15,707 nucleotides of DNA from Pseudobacteriovorax sp. (GTDB lineage Bacteria; Bdellovibrionota_B; Oligoflexia; Oligoflexales; Oligoflexaceae): contig JBNKNM010000119.1 of assembly GCA_050293845.1 (NCBI GenBank), positions 1 to 15,707 of the forward strand, read 5' to 3'. Position 1 is the stretch's first letter. Every line of letters starts with the position of its first letter. Positions 1 to 9,103 of the stretch are shown one piece after another. The position numbers and the translations under genes were made by a program. The notes beneath the pieces were generated by a model. The model was not told the DNA's origin. It ran no database searches and saw only the letters and a program-made list of their open reading frames with translations.

Positions 1-1
1 C

Positions 2-307
2 ATCTCAGTGGTTGATCTTAGAATTAAGCTAAATCTCAATTCAGACTCCATTCATCCCAAAAAAACTTCTATTATCATATCTCATGTCGGAGATATATTA
101 ATGGGTTCTATCGTTGATGAAGTTATCGAAGTTGTCGGATATGATGAAGCTCAGATCAACTTTATTGAAGCTGATCAAATAGACCGTTCCGGTGATGGTG
201 TTTACGGAGTGGCATTAGAAGATAAAAGAGATATAACTCTCTTGATCGATATACAAAAAGCATTGGAAAAATCTGAATTCAGTGTACTTAAAGATCAGGT
301 AGCTTAA
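2..307 (+). CDS. cheW: CheW coupling protein, 5'-truncated by the window edge
   Basis: The frame is open from base 2 ([10 protein letters not shown]...). CheW motifs [15 protein letters not shown] and LLIDIQKAL are present. Lies directly upstream of an MCP and cheR. Confidence 0.9.
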   Translation: MSVVDLRIKLNLNSDSIHPKKTSIIISHVGDILMGSIVDEVIEVVGYDEAQINFIEADQIDRSGDGVYGVALEDKRDITLLIDIQKALEKSEFSVLKDQVA

Positions 308-330
308 AGGTAGCAAGGAGATTCATCGCT

Positions 331-2628
331 ATGAAAGTCAATTTAAGAACTAAACTGCTCATCCAATTTCTATTGGTGGGCACCATACCGCTTATTATAA
401 CTAGTGGTTTGGCCTACTTTACCGCCAGCCAATCCTTAAAAATAGCAGTCTTCGATAAATTGCGATCAGTACAACAGATCAAAAAAAATGCAGTCGAAAG
501 ATATTTCCACGAGATAAGCGATCAAATCCAAACCTTTTCTGAAAATCAAATGATTGTTGATGCAGCTCGCGAATTCAAAAAGAGCTTTCACGGGTTTAAA
601 AGTGATATCAGCGATGCAAAATTTAAATCCATGAAAAGAAAGCTTTTCACCTATTACTCTGGTCCTTTTGCCAATGAGTATAGAAAAGAAAATGGCGATA
701 TCGATCCCTTGATTAAAGATAAGTTCGAACAATTAGATAAAGATGGTGTGCTGTTCCAGTACTACTATATTCAAAATAATTTTCATCCTCAAGGATCGAA
801 GCATCGATTAAATGCTGCTGATGACGGAGGTTCAGCCTATTCAAAAATACATAAGAAAGTTCACCCTATCATTAGAAACTATTTAGAAAAATTTGGCTAT
901 TATGATATCTTTATTGTTGATGCAGAAACGGGTCATATAGTTTATAGCGTTTTCAAAGAACTCGATTTTGCAACTTCCCTTAAAACCGGGCCATTTAAAG
1001 ATACAAATTTCGCAGATGTCTATCGTATCGCGGCTGGAAGTTCTCAAAAAGAATTTGTTAAATTGGCTGATTATAAGCGATATTGGCCTTCTTATGAAGC
1101 ACCAGCCAGCTTTGTTGCCTCGCCTATTTTCGACGGTGATAAAAAAATAGCCGTAGCTATCTTTCAAATGCCCATTAATCGCTTGAATAGTATCATGGAA
1201 GAGCGTAATGGGATGGGAGAAACGGGAGAAACAATACTGGTAGGGCCAGATAAGCTAGTTCGATCCAACTCACACCTAGACATGGTTAATCGCAATGTCG
1301 TTAGTTCCTTTAGAACTCCAGCTAAGGCCAAGATTGATCTTGCCGAGGTAGATAAAGGTATTGCTGGAGAAACCGGTGAAGGTATCCACCAAAACTATCT
1401 AGATCAAGAAGTTCTTTCTACTTTTGCTCCTGTAAAAGTTATAGGTCTAACTTGGGTATTACTTGCTCAACTGAATACCGAAGAAGCCCTCGCTCCAGTT
1501 AGAAAACTTAGTTATCTGATGGGAGCTATGGTCGGTGGCGCAATTATTCTTACTCTCATTGTCGGATTAATAATCGGTCGTAGCATAGCTAACCCAATAC
1601 TCCGTATTGCCGGTGAGCTGGCGGAAAACTCAAAGCAGGTTGCAGGAGCCTCCGAAGGCCTAGCGTCAGCCAGCGGTAGTCTTTCGGAATTAGCAGCTGA
1701 ACAAGCAAGTTCTATTGAAGAAACAGCATCTTCTATCGAAGAAATCAGTGCGATGATTAAAAACAACGTTGAGAAGTCTGAAAAATCTTCAATGCTATCC
1801 GAGCAGGTTAAAGTAGTAGCTGATAAAGGTAATCAATCTATGAACATGCTGGTCACTTCCATGGCTGAAATTATTGATAGCAATCAAAAAATACAGGAAC
1901 TTGTGAAGGTAATAGGCGAAATAGGTGAAAAGACAGGTGTGATCGATGAGATCGTGTTTCAAACCAAGCTTTTGTCTTTCAATGCCTCCGTTGAGGCCGA
2001 GCGTGCTGGCGAGCATGGACGGGGATTTGCAGTCGTTGCCCAAGAAGTGGGTAACCTTGCTCAAATGAGTGGAAAAGCAGCTTCAGAAATAGCAACAATG
2101 GTTAAAGGTAGCATCAAAAATGCGGAAAAAATAACTTCTGAAAACAAATCCAAGGTCGAGCAAGGAAATAATTTGGTTCAGGAAACTGCCAAATATCTTG
2201 CGGAAATTGGAGGAGACGCTGAATTTCTACTGAAACAAGCCCAACAAATTACAAATTCTTCTAAGGAACAATCCGAAGGTATCGCCCAAATTAACGAAGC
2301 TATGAGTCAATTAGATCAGGCAACCCAACAAAACTCAGCAACTGCCGAAGAAACAGCCAGCTCCAGCGAACAACTAGCTTCCCAGGCTGAGTACCTCAAA
2401 GAAAACGTAGTAAACCTGCTATTTCTTGTTGAAGGAAAAGGAAATGGTGATAAATTAGTTGCAAATAAGACTGTTGATCAGAAGCCAGATCATGATAAGA
2501 AAAAAGCACCCATAGTTGATCTTAGAACAAAACGGAAGCAAAACACTGAATCAGCAACATTGATTAAGAAAGCATCCGGCGATGACATGACTGCTAGTCA
2601 TAGCAATGAAAACTGGGAAAAACTATAA
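331..2628 (+). CDS. Methyl-accepting chemotaxis protein, 765 aa: TM1, large Cache-like periplasmic domain, TM2, signalling domain, C-terminal pentapeptide
   Basis: RBS AAGGAG upstream. Two hydrophobic segments. Signalling hairpin [33 protein letters not shown]. Methylation-type heptads [15 protein letters not shown] and [16 protein letters not shown]. Ends ...NENWEKL. Confidence 0.97.
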   Translation: MKVNLRTKLLIQFLLVGTIPLIITSGLAYFTASQSLKIAVFDKLRSVQQIKKNAVERYFHEISDQIQTFSENQMIVDAAREFKKSFHGFKSDISDAKFKSMKRKLFTYYSGPFANEYRKENGDIDPLIKDKFEQLDKDGVLFQYYYIQNNFHPQGSKHRLNAADDGGSAYSKIHKKVHPIIRNYLEKFGYYDIFIVDAETGHIVYSVFKELDFATSLKTGPFKDTNFADVYRIAAGSSQKEFVKLADYKRYWPSYEAPASFVASPIFDGDKKIAVAIFQMPINRLNSIMEERNGMGETGETILVGPDKLVRSNSHLDMVNRNVVSSFRTPAKAKIDLAEVDKGIAGETGEGIHQNYLDQEVLSTFAPVKVIGLTWVLLAQLNTEEALAPVRKLSYLMGAMVGGAIILTLIVGLIIGRSIANPILRIAGELAENSKQVAGASEGLASASGSLSELAAEQASSIEETASSIEEISAMIKNNVEKSEKSSMLSEQVKVVADKGNQSMNMLVTSMAEIIDSNQKIQELVKVIGEIGEKTGVIDEIVFQTKLLSFNASVEAERAGEHGRGFAVVAQEVGNLAQMSGKAASEIATMVKGSIKNAEKITSENKSKVEQGNNLVQETAKYLAEIGGDAEFLLKQAQQITNSSKEQSEGIAQINEAMSQLDQATQQNSATAEETASSSEQLASQAEYLKENVVNLLFLVEGKGNGDKLVANKTVDQKPDHDKKKAPIVDLRTKRKQNTESATLIKKASGDDMTASHSNENWEKL

Positions 2629-3544
2629 GCTATTATCTTTCGGAAAAAAAATGACACAATTTTTACCCAAAAAAACTGATTATCATATAAACAATTCTTT
2701 AGTTATTCTGGAAGCCAAAATTCCCAAGCTTAAAGATAAGCAATTCAAGTTCTTTCAAAAACTTATTTTTGATAAAGCAGGTATCAGGATGCAGGAATCA
2801 AAAAATAGTTTGGTTTCAACGCGACTGGCAAGACGATTACGGATCAATAAGCTTGCAGGATGGGATGAATATATCGATCTTCTTAAATTAGAGCACCCCA
2901 ATGAAATTCAAGCTTTCATCAATTTACTGACAACCAACAAATCGGAATTTTTTCGCGAAAATCAGCATTTCGAATACTTAAGCAGGTCCTTCCTACCCCT
3001 TCTTGTAGCTCAAGGTAATCTAGAGCCGTTATTTTGGATTGGCGCTTGTTCCTTTGGACAGGAGGTCTATACACTCTTAATGGTGATCCATGAGTACAAT
3101 CGTATCAATAACACTACGATTGATCCACGCATTTTGGCGACGGATATTGATACAAATGTCATCAAATCCGCGGAACAGGGTATTTTTGAAAAATCGATAG
3201 TAGACAGAGATATTAACCCATTTTTGATCAAACGCTACTTTTTAAAGGGCATTGGTGAAAACTCTGGTAAATATAAATTCAATCAAGAACTAGCTCATAG
3301 CATAAAATTTCGTTATCATAACTTATGTGACTTGAGCAGTACAGTTCCTTTAACTTTTGATGCCATTTTCCTACGCAATGTATTAATATACTTCAGTCCT
3401 GAAACTGTAGAAAAGGTTATTTCAAAAACATTGTCCCATCTTAAAAAGGACGGCCTACTTTTTTTGGGATATTGTGAAAGCATAATCGAAATGAAATGGC
3501 ACTTAAATTCCGTACAACAGTCGATTTATAGGAAAATAAGGTAA
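2606..3544 (+). CDS. cheR: Chemotaxis protein-glutamate methyltransferase CheR; true start may be the ATG at 2651
   Basis: Motifs [35 protein letters not shown] and LFLGYCES. Chemotaxis operon context. Confidence 0.95.
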   Translation: MKTGKNYKLLSFGKKMTQFLPKKTDYHINNSLVILEAKIPKLKDKQFKFFQKLIFDKAGIRMQESKNSLVSTRLARRLRINKLAGWDEYIDLLKLEHPNEIQAFINLLTTNKSEFFRENQHFEYLSRSFLPLLVAQGNLEPLFWIGACSFGQEVYTLLMVIHEYNRINNTTIDPRILATDIDTNVIKSAEQGIFEKSIVDRDINPFLIKRYFLKGIGENSGKYKFNQELAHSIKFRYHNLCDLSSTVPLTFDAIFLRNVLIYFSPETVEKVISKTLSHLKKDGLLFLGYCESIIEMKWHLNSVQQSIYRKIR

Positions 3545-5176
3545 TTGAAAACTAAAAACATCTACGCTGGGGAAATCTATATTAGTAAGCAACCAACTCT
3601 TGTCACCACGGTGGTGGGTTCTTGCATCGCTTTTTGTGTCTGGGATCGCCGGCTTCGCATCGGAGCCATGTCGCACTTTGCACTTCCTTCTACAGATATG
3701 ATTCATAGTCCAAACAAAAAAGATTCCTACTATTGTGGAAATATAGCTATCAAGGCTCTTTTCCGGGAATTCAAAAAGATGGGAAGTCATCCCCAGGACA
3801 TCGTAGTGAAATTAGCAGGTGGCGCGAAAGTATTAGGCACTGTTGATAGTACTATTGGTCAAAGAAATATCGAAATGTCCCGCGAAATATGTAGTGAATA
3901 TGCTATTAAAATAGCAGGAGAATCTGTAGGCGGTAACACGGGAACAAAGGTACGGTTCGACACCGCTAGTGGAGATCTCTACATTCAGAATCTTGCTCAT
4001 TCCGTCACACAGAAGGTAATAGCAAAAGAACATGAGATAATAGCTAAAAAGAACTTAGCATGGAACATCAGTGACGAGCAAAATAAGGGCAAAAATTTTG
4101 CTCAAAATTCCTCTAACGATCAACCGAAAGTTGTGAATCGACCAATTAGGGTACTCATAGTTGACGACTCCAAAGTTATTCAGACTCTATTTAAAGCCAT
4201 GCTGGAAAAAGATGAACAGTTTGAGATTTTTGGCATTGCCAACGATCCTCTGGAAGCCGAAAATCTCATGAGTGACGCCAAGCCTGATGTTATCACTCTA
4301 GACATGCAGATGCCCCATATGGATGGTCTCAGTTACTTGAAAAACTACCTCATCCAAAGGCGTATGCCCGTAATAATGGTTTCTGGTTTGAGCTATTCCG
4401 AAGGGGATCTGGCCTTTAAAGCTTTGGAGTTTGGAGCTGTTGATTTTGTGGAAAAGCCTGAGTCTCATAGAATTCAAGAATTTACGGCCACCTTTAAAGA
4501 AAAGATTAGGACTGCCTATTCCATAAAAAACAAGTATACTTGCTTTCAAGCCGCGAAGAAACTATCCGTTTTCCGATCAATTGATCCCAAGAAAATCGTG
4601 GTGATCGGCTCTTCCACAGGCGGAACTGTTGCTATAGCACAAATTCTACAGTCTCTCCCCGATCAAATCCCTCCAATCTTAATTGTGCAGCATATTCCTG
4701 AAAGTTTCTCCGATATGTTTGCGAGAAGACTAGATAGTCTGGTTAGTTTTAGAGTTAAGGAAGCTGAAGACCAAGATCCTATTTGTCCTGGACTTGTACT
4801 TGTGGCACCCGGTAATAAGCAAATGAGAATCAAAACGGGTAAAGGCGGTCTTGTTGTCGAAATTAATGATGAACCGCCTGTGAATCGTCATAAACCCTCG
4901 GTGGACTATTTTTTTGATTCTGTTGTCAAACGGGTTGGCAAACAAGCTATCGGTATCATCCTCACAGGAATGGGAAAGGATGGTGCTAAAGGTCTTTTAA
5001 AACTCAAAAATGCGGGTTCTCATACCATAGCCCAGGACGAGGAAAGTTGCGTTGTTTTTGGTATGCCCAAAGAGGCTATCGCTTTGGGAGCCGCTACAGA
5101 GGTCGTTTCCTTAGACCAACTTCCCAGGAAACTTATGGAAGCTGCCACACGAGTCGATAAACAAATTTCAGCCTGA
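3545..5176 (+). CDS. cheB: CheD-REC-CheB fusion: N-terminal CheD glutamine deamidase, receiver domain and CheB methylesterase
   Basis: TTG start abuts the cheR stop. CheD motifs TTVVGSCIA, SHFALP, KLAGGA and IGQRN. REC motifs RVLIVDDS and ITLDMQMPHMDG. CheB triad motifs GSSTGG, VQHIP and TGMGKDGA. One uninterrupted 543-codon frame. Confidence 0.95.
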   Translation: MKTKNIYAGEIYISKQPTLVTTVVGSCIAFCVWDRRLRIGAMSHFALPSTDMIHSPNKKDSYYCGNIAIKALFREFKKMGSHPQDIVVKLAGGAKVLGTVDSTIGQRNIEMSREICSEYAIKIAGESVGGNTGTKVRFDTASGDLYIQNLAHSVTQKVIAKEHEIIAKKNLAWNISDEQNKGKNFAQNSSNDQPKVVNRPIRVLIVDDSKVIQTLFKAMLEKDEQFEIFGIANDPLEAENLMSDAKPDVITLDMQMPHMDGLSYLKNYLIQRRMPVIMVSGLSYSEGDLAFKALEFGAVDFVEKPESHRIQEFTATFKEKIRTAYSIKNKYTCFQAAKKLSVFRSIDPKKIVVIGSSTGGTVAIAQILQSLPDQIPPILIVQHIPESFSDMFARRLDSLVSFRVKEAEDQDPICPGLVLVAPGNKQMRIKTGKGGLVVEINDEPPVNRHKPSVDYFFDSVVKRVGKQAIGIILTGMGKDGAKGLLKLKNAGSHTIAQDEESCVVFGMPKEAIALGAATEVVSLDQLPRKLMEAATRVDKQISA

Positions 5177-5189
5177 AAAGGAGTTTCTA

Positions 5190-5600
5190 TTGACAAGTTT
5201 AAAAACAAAAACAATTCTGGTAGTTGATGATGAAGAAGATATTGTCGACACTTTAATTAGCATGATCGAAGAACAAGCAGAAGGTTATTTTAATCTGACT
5301 ACCGATTCCGCTTTTAATGGGGAACAGGCATTAAATTTTTTAGAAAAAAATAAATACGATCTAATGTTTTTAGATTTATGTATGCCTAATGTTAACGGAG
5401 AAACCGTTATTTCAAAAATTAGAGCTGGCATTGGAAGTAACGCTAAGGTTCCTATTGTTGTCGTTTCCGGTGCGTTGACCACATTGAACTTAGGTTCGGA
5501 CACAAGCTGCTATGAAAATGTCTATTTTGTTGAGAAACCCTTTTCAGAAACAAAAATTCATCGTTTGATCAAGCTTTGGCTTTTTAGGGTAGCAGCCTGA
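5190..5600 (+). CDS. Single-domain response regulator (CheY-like REC)
   Basis: RBS AAAGGAG before a TTG start. Motifs ILVVDDE, FLDLCMPNVNG, VVSG and EKPF. No output domain. Confidence 0.9.
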   Translation: MTSLKTKTILVVDDEEDIVDTLISMIEEQAEGYFNLTTDSAFNGEQALNFLEKNKYDLMFLDLCMPNVNGETVISKIRAGIGSNAKVPIVVVSGALTTLNLGSDTSCYENVYFVEKPFSETKIHRLIKLWLFRVAA

Positions 5601-5851
5601 ATTAATCTCGGTACTAAAAAATTAGCTTCGCCAATATTGATGACCCAGAGCGGGTGGTATGTGACATTTACCAATAGGATTTCAATACTATCAATTTTCC
5701 TTCATAGCCAACTTTTCAAACGGAAATCCAAAAAATTGAAGAGCAAACTATTTCGTTAAATCAAATTTGTGGTTTATCACTAGATTCAACCTCATTCTGA
5801 ATTACGTCTAGGGTCTCATTAGTGGTGCGGCAGCAAGGCAAAGTGGGCTAA

Positions 5852-5941
5852 TTATAGTGATAGAATACCGACGAAAAATATCGCCGTGTAGTAAGTAAAA
5901 ACTGTTCGTTTATAGGTGACCTTGAACTGACTGTCGAGCAT
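5852..5941 (-). CDS. Possible 29-aa small membrane protein or decayed gene remnant (MLDSQFKVTYKRTVFTYYTAIFFVGILSL)
   Basis: Hand-translated on the minus strand. GAGGAAG upstream of the ATG. Hydrophobic C-terminal half. Below the ORF-track size cutoff. Confidence 0.25.
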   Translation of the reverse strand: MLDSQFKVTYKRTVFTYYTAIFFVGILSL

Positions 5942-6365
5942 TGAGATATCTTCCTCTACTGGATTCATCAGATAGATCTAGGCTAATTTACTCTGATTCT
6001 TGGTAAAGATTTCTTAACTTTGTCGAAGAGTGCAATTTTGGGCTAGTTCATAGAAGACGGAATCAAAACACCTTAGTTTGAAAACGACCGCGTTTACGAA
6101 TATGCTTTTATGCCTTTTTGATTTTACTATGTCAACTGTATCGCAATAGTATGAGGAATGAGATGATCTTAGAAAATCTTTATGATAACTTCTTAAAATA
6201 TGTTAAAAAATTTTAAAAAAAGAACCGAATTTACTATATTTTATGCAATAAACTGAAAGATATGCACGTCTAACATATATTGTAAATGAACGATTTTCTG
6301 AAAGATCTGTTTTCTAATGACCAGTCCAATGTTCACTCAAGAGACTTTTGTAGGAGGAATGCTTT

Positions 6366-7484
6366 GTGATGTCCCTGGACTCTACAACAAGGAAAGTAGT
6401 CGAACTTCAAGACCTGCGAAACTTCCCCATCAAAAACCGCATAGAGGAGTTTAATTCCCACTTTAAAATTGTACTTCCCGATGACATTAAACGATCAGCT
6501 ATAACCGTCGCTAAAAGCAGTAGGCTTCCGGCGATCATAACCGGAGAAACTGGTTCAGGAAAAGAGGAGATCGCAAAATCAATTCACAAGATTCGTTGTC
6601 AACTAGAGGGACCTATTCCTTTTGTCCCACTCAATTGCGCTACTATTAATAACGGACTTCTTCAGTCTACATTGTTCGGCCATAAAAAAGGCTCTTACAC
6701 CGGGGCAACTTCAGCGAGGCGTGGACTTGTTGCAGAAGCCAATGGTGGCATTTTGTTTTTAGACGAAGTGCATACGCTCTCATTGGAAAGCCAAAACAGT
6801 TTACTAAGGGTGTTGCATGACGGACGATTCATGGAAGTCGGGGGCAATCAGGAAAAACGATCGTCCTTCCAGATTATTGTTGCTACCACCAAAAACCTTA
6901 ACCAAGAGGTAGCCGAAAAAAACTTTCTGTTGGACTTACTTATGCGTGTTACAGGGATAGAGATAAAAATCCCTCCACTAAGAGAAAGGCATCATGAACT
7001 TCCTCTTCTTATCGATCATTTTTTTAACAAGATTGCCTGCGTTGATGTTTCTGCACAGGAAAGGGATGAACTGGTGGCAGTCTGTAAAGCCTATTATTGG
7101 AAAGGAAATATCCGTCAGTTGTTTCGCGCTTTGGACTCTCTTGTGGCCATTTGCGATGCAGAGGGTATTCCTGTAACGGCTAGCAGACTACCTGTTTATG
7201 AAGACCTGCAAAAGCCCGTTGTAAATAGGATAGGCGTAAATACAGAGATGGCAGAGAATCCTCGTTATGAGCCGTCTGTTTCTCATTCGTTGCAAAACGC
7301 GATTGATATCCTAAGACAGCTTGAAGCTAAAGATCTTCCCTTAAGAAACGTCCTAGATGTTGTAGAAAAAGGGATTCTTGAGGTCACTCTAAAGCGCTCC
7401 CCAACCCTTGATGAAGCGAGGAAGGTCTTAAACATTTCTCGAGGGACACTGGACAATAAGAGGCACAAGCATAACCTCTTTTAA
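6366..7484 (+). CDS. Sigma54-dependent transcriptional activator (bEBP; AAA+ plus Fis-type HTH) with no recognisable N-terminal sensory domain
   Basis: RBS AGGAGG at 6352-6357. Walker A GETGSGKE, PFVPLNCA, loop-1 LFGHKKGSYTGA, Walker B LFLDEV, PPLRER, sensor II WKGNIRQL and C-terminal HTH EARKVLNISRGTL. Confidence 0.93.
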   Translation: MMSLDSTTRKVVELQDLRNFPIKNRIEEFNSHFKIVLPDDIKRSAITVAKSSRLPAIITGETGSGKEEIAKSIHKIRCQLEGPIPFVPLNCATINNGLLQSTLFGHKKGSYTGATSARRGLVAEANGGILFLDEVHTLSLESQNSLLRVLHDGRFMEVGGNQEKRSSFQIIVATTKNLNQEVAEKNFLLDLLMRVTGIEIKIPPLRERHHELPLLIDHFFNKIACVDVSAQERDELVAVCKAYYWKGNIRQLFRALDSLVAICDAEGIPVTASRLPVYEDLQKPVVNRIGVNTEMAENPRYEPSVSHSLQNAIDILRQLEAKDLPLRNVLDVVEKGILEVTLKRSPTLDEARKVLNISRGTLDNKRHKHNLF

Positions 7485-7533
7485 CAGAGTTGTAAGATAC
7501 TCTTTATTGAAGTTAAGAATTGACATTTTATGA

Positions 7534-7560
7534 GGAGGGGCAATCAGCCCTCCGTTTTTA
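7534..7560 (+). terminator. Probable intrinsic terminator between convergent genes
   Basis: GGAGGG (7534-7539) pairs with CCCTCC (7548-7553), followed by GTTTTTA. Confidence 0.55.
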
Positions 7561-9024
7561 GTCTATGATTTCTGACAGTGAGTCTTGGTCAACTTTTAGT
7601 TGAAAGGCAGATTCTTCTGCTGAGTCAATCGTTAAAAGGAAAGAATCATTCTCAGCAAATTCTCCATCGATGATATTGCCGGAAAAGCGCACATCAAGAA
7701 CTCGCTTCTTGCTATCAAATGCAAGATCGAAAACAGGACCACCAAAAAAACCTTCGGAAGAGAGGTCGAAAGTTCGTACGATCTTTTCGTCTCTCATCCA
7801 GTCGACAGAAATTTTTAAGTCGTGCACGGAATCGAAATCTACATCCTTATCCCAAGTAAATTTTCCGAGACTACCTTTAGGGAGCCTTTGATCGTACGTT
7901 GACTCCAGGATATAGTCCTCATCTATATAGTCAAGACTTAGGGAAATAGGGCTAAAGTCGTTGCAGCAAACATCTAAGCCACCTTCTAGTGTGCCATCAA
8001 ATTCATCTCCAGAAATCACTACTAAAAATACATCATCTTTCTTTAGAGGAAGTATGTCTGAAGCCCCTTCATTAAGCATAACCAACGTTGATTGTTCGTT
8101 TTTTTGCAGCTTAAACTCTACCGGGAAAGTATCGCCGCCTCGCTTCAGTTCAGCAGTGACTATCTCAGGATCAATCTCATGCTTGTCCGCACTAACAAAT
8201 TTAGCAATCAAACCATTAAACTGATCGGGGCTAGTAGTCAGGGTTTCAGATTTCAAAGAAATTTTCAGAGGAGCAATGGGACTTACTTCATTGGAAACTA
8301 AAGCCTTGCTAACAAGCTCACCCTGAAGATCAAACTTTTCTTTTTGCTTCGCACTCAAGGTTGTTTCAATCCTATCTTGGTTACCTACAGGCAAAGGATC
8401 GGGATACGAGCTGATGAAAGAAAATACAATGACTTGCTTCTTATAGTCGAAGGTCACCTCTACTCCTGGCTCGGGGTCATCTGAGCTGTAAATGACCGAC
8501 TCGTCTCCTTTGTCAACTACGACCCGATATGCAACATCCTGGGCTGAATCAAAATGGACATTCTTTTTTGCGAAATGGAATCTGGCAAATCCATCAACAG
8601 GAATCGTTGCCTGCTGAGGTGTCAATAGCTGAATCGGCTCAATAAGAAGTGGAATGTCTGCCGCTGCTACAGTAACTTGAAGCTGTTTTTCATAAATCTT
8701 AGTTCCACAGCGAGCTTGAAAAGAGTCAGATCCATTCACTACAACATCAAAGACCTTTTCTTGGTTTGCCAACAGCTGTAGTACAACACTTACATTCTGT
8801 TGATTCTTTTGTGAGATGATCGAGCAGTTCTCAGCGTCATCAATTCCGGAAACAACTAGGGTGAATCGTACAGTTTCCCCCAATTCTACCTGACTTTTAT
8901 CAACTGTGAAGGCTTTGAAAATAAGTTCATCCGAAGGACTGGAAGAATCACGACCTTCATGGCAGGCACCGGCCCCCACAATCAGTAGGGGCCAGGAATA
9001 TCTTAAAACTTCGCGTAGGTTCAT
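7558..9024 (-). CDS. Putative lipoprotein, 488 aa, beta-rich, with an Ig-like N-domain and about three internal repeats
   Basis: Signal peptide ending GAGA-C21 followed by an S/D-rich linker. Alternating beta-strand patterns. Repeated motifs V(H/D)FDS..D and FD(Y/S)KK.V. Confidence 0.75.
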   Translation of the reverse strand: MNLREVLRYSWPLLIVGAGACHEGRDSSSPSDELIFKAFTVDKSQVELGETVRFTLVVSGIDDAENCSIISQKNQQNVSVVLQLLANQEKVFDVVVNGSDSFQARCGTKIYEKQLQVTVAAADIPLLIEPIQLLTPQQATIPVDGFARFHFAKKNVHFDSAQDVAYRVVVDKGDESVIYSSDDPEPGVEVTFDYKKQVIVFSFISSYPDPLPVGNQDRIETTLSAKQKEKFDLQGELVSKALVSNEVSPIAPLKISLKSETLTTSPDQFNGLIAKFVSADKHEIDPEIVTAELKRGGDTFPVEFKLQKNEQSTLVMLNEGASDILPLKKDDVFLVVISGDEFDGTLEGGLDVCCNDFSPISLSLDYIDEDYILESTYDQRLPKGSLGKFTWDKDVDFDSVHDLKISVDWMRDEKIVRTFDLSSEGFFGGPVFDLAFDSKKRVLDVRFSGNIIDGEFAENDSFLLTIDSAEESAFQLKVDQDSLSEIID

Positions 9025-9103
9025 TTAATAATTCCCATCAGAGGGTTACAATTCAACTTTTTCTTAGCATCTGGGGACTAACGACTCAAGACTAATTTAA
9101 AGT

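Noticed and set aside
466..5503. Short antisense and alternate-frame ORFs overlapping the chemotaxis genes
   Set aside because: They are shadows of well-supported genes, with no recognisable motifs.
5190..5600. Naming the response regulator cheY
   Set aside because: It is a generic REC domain, and I cannot confirm CheY-specific motor-binding features from the sequence alone.
5805..5845. AGGGTCT...CGGCAGC segment loosely resembling the 3' half of a c-di-GMP-I riboswitch
   Set aside because: The upstream GCAAA...GAAA-tetraloop...GACGCAAAG core is absent and I could not form the stems. An Infernal scan would settle it.
6204..6231. Possible sigma28 (FliA) promoter TAAA-N16-ACCGAATT upstream of the bEBP; a similar TAAA-N14-GTCGAAGA lies at 6004-6029
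   Set aside because: Spacing is off the usual 15 nt, the -10 match is partial, and TAAA is trivially frequent in this AT-rich region.
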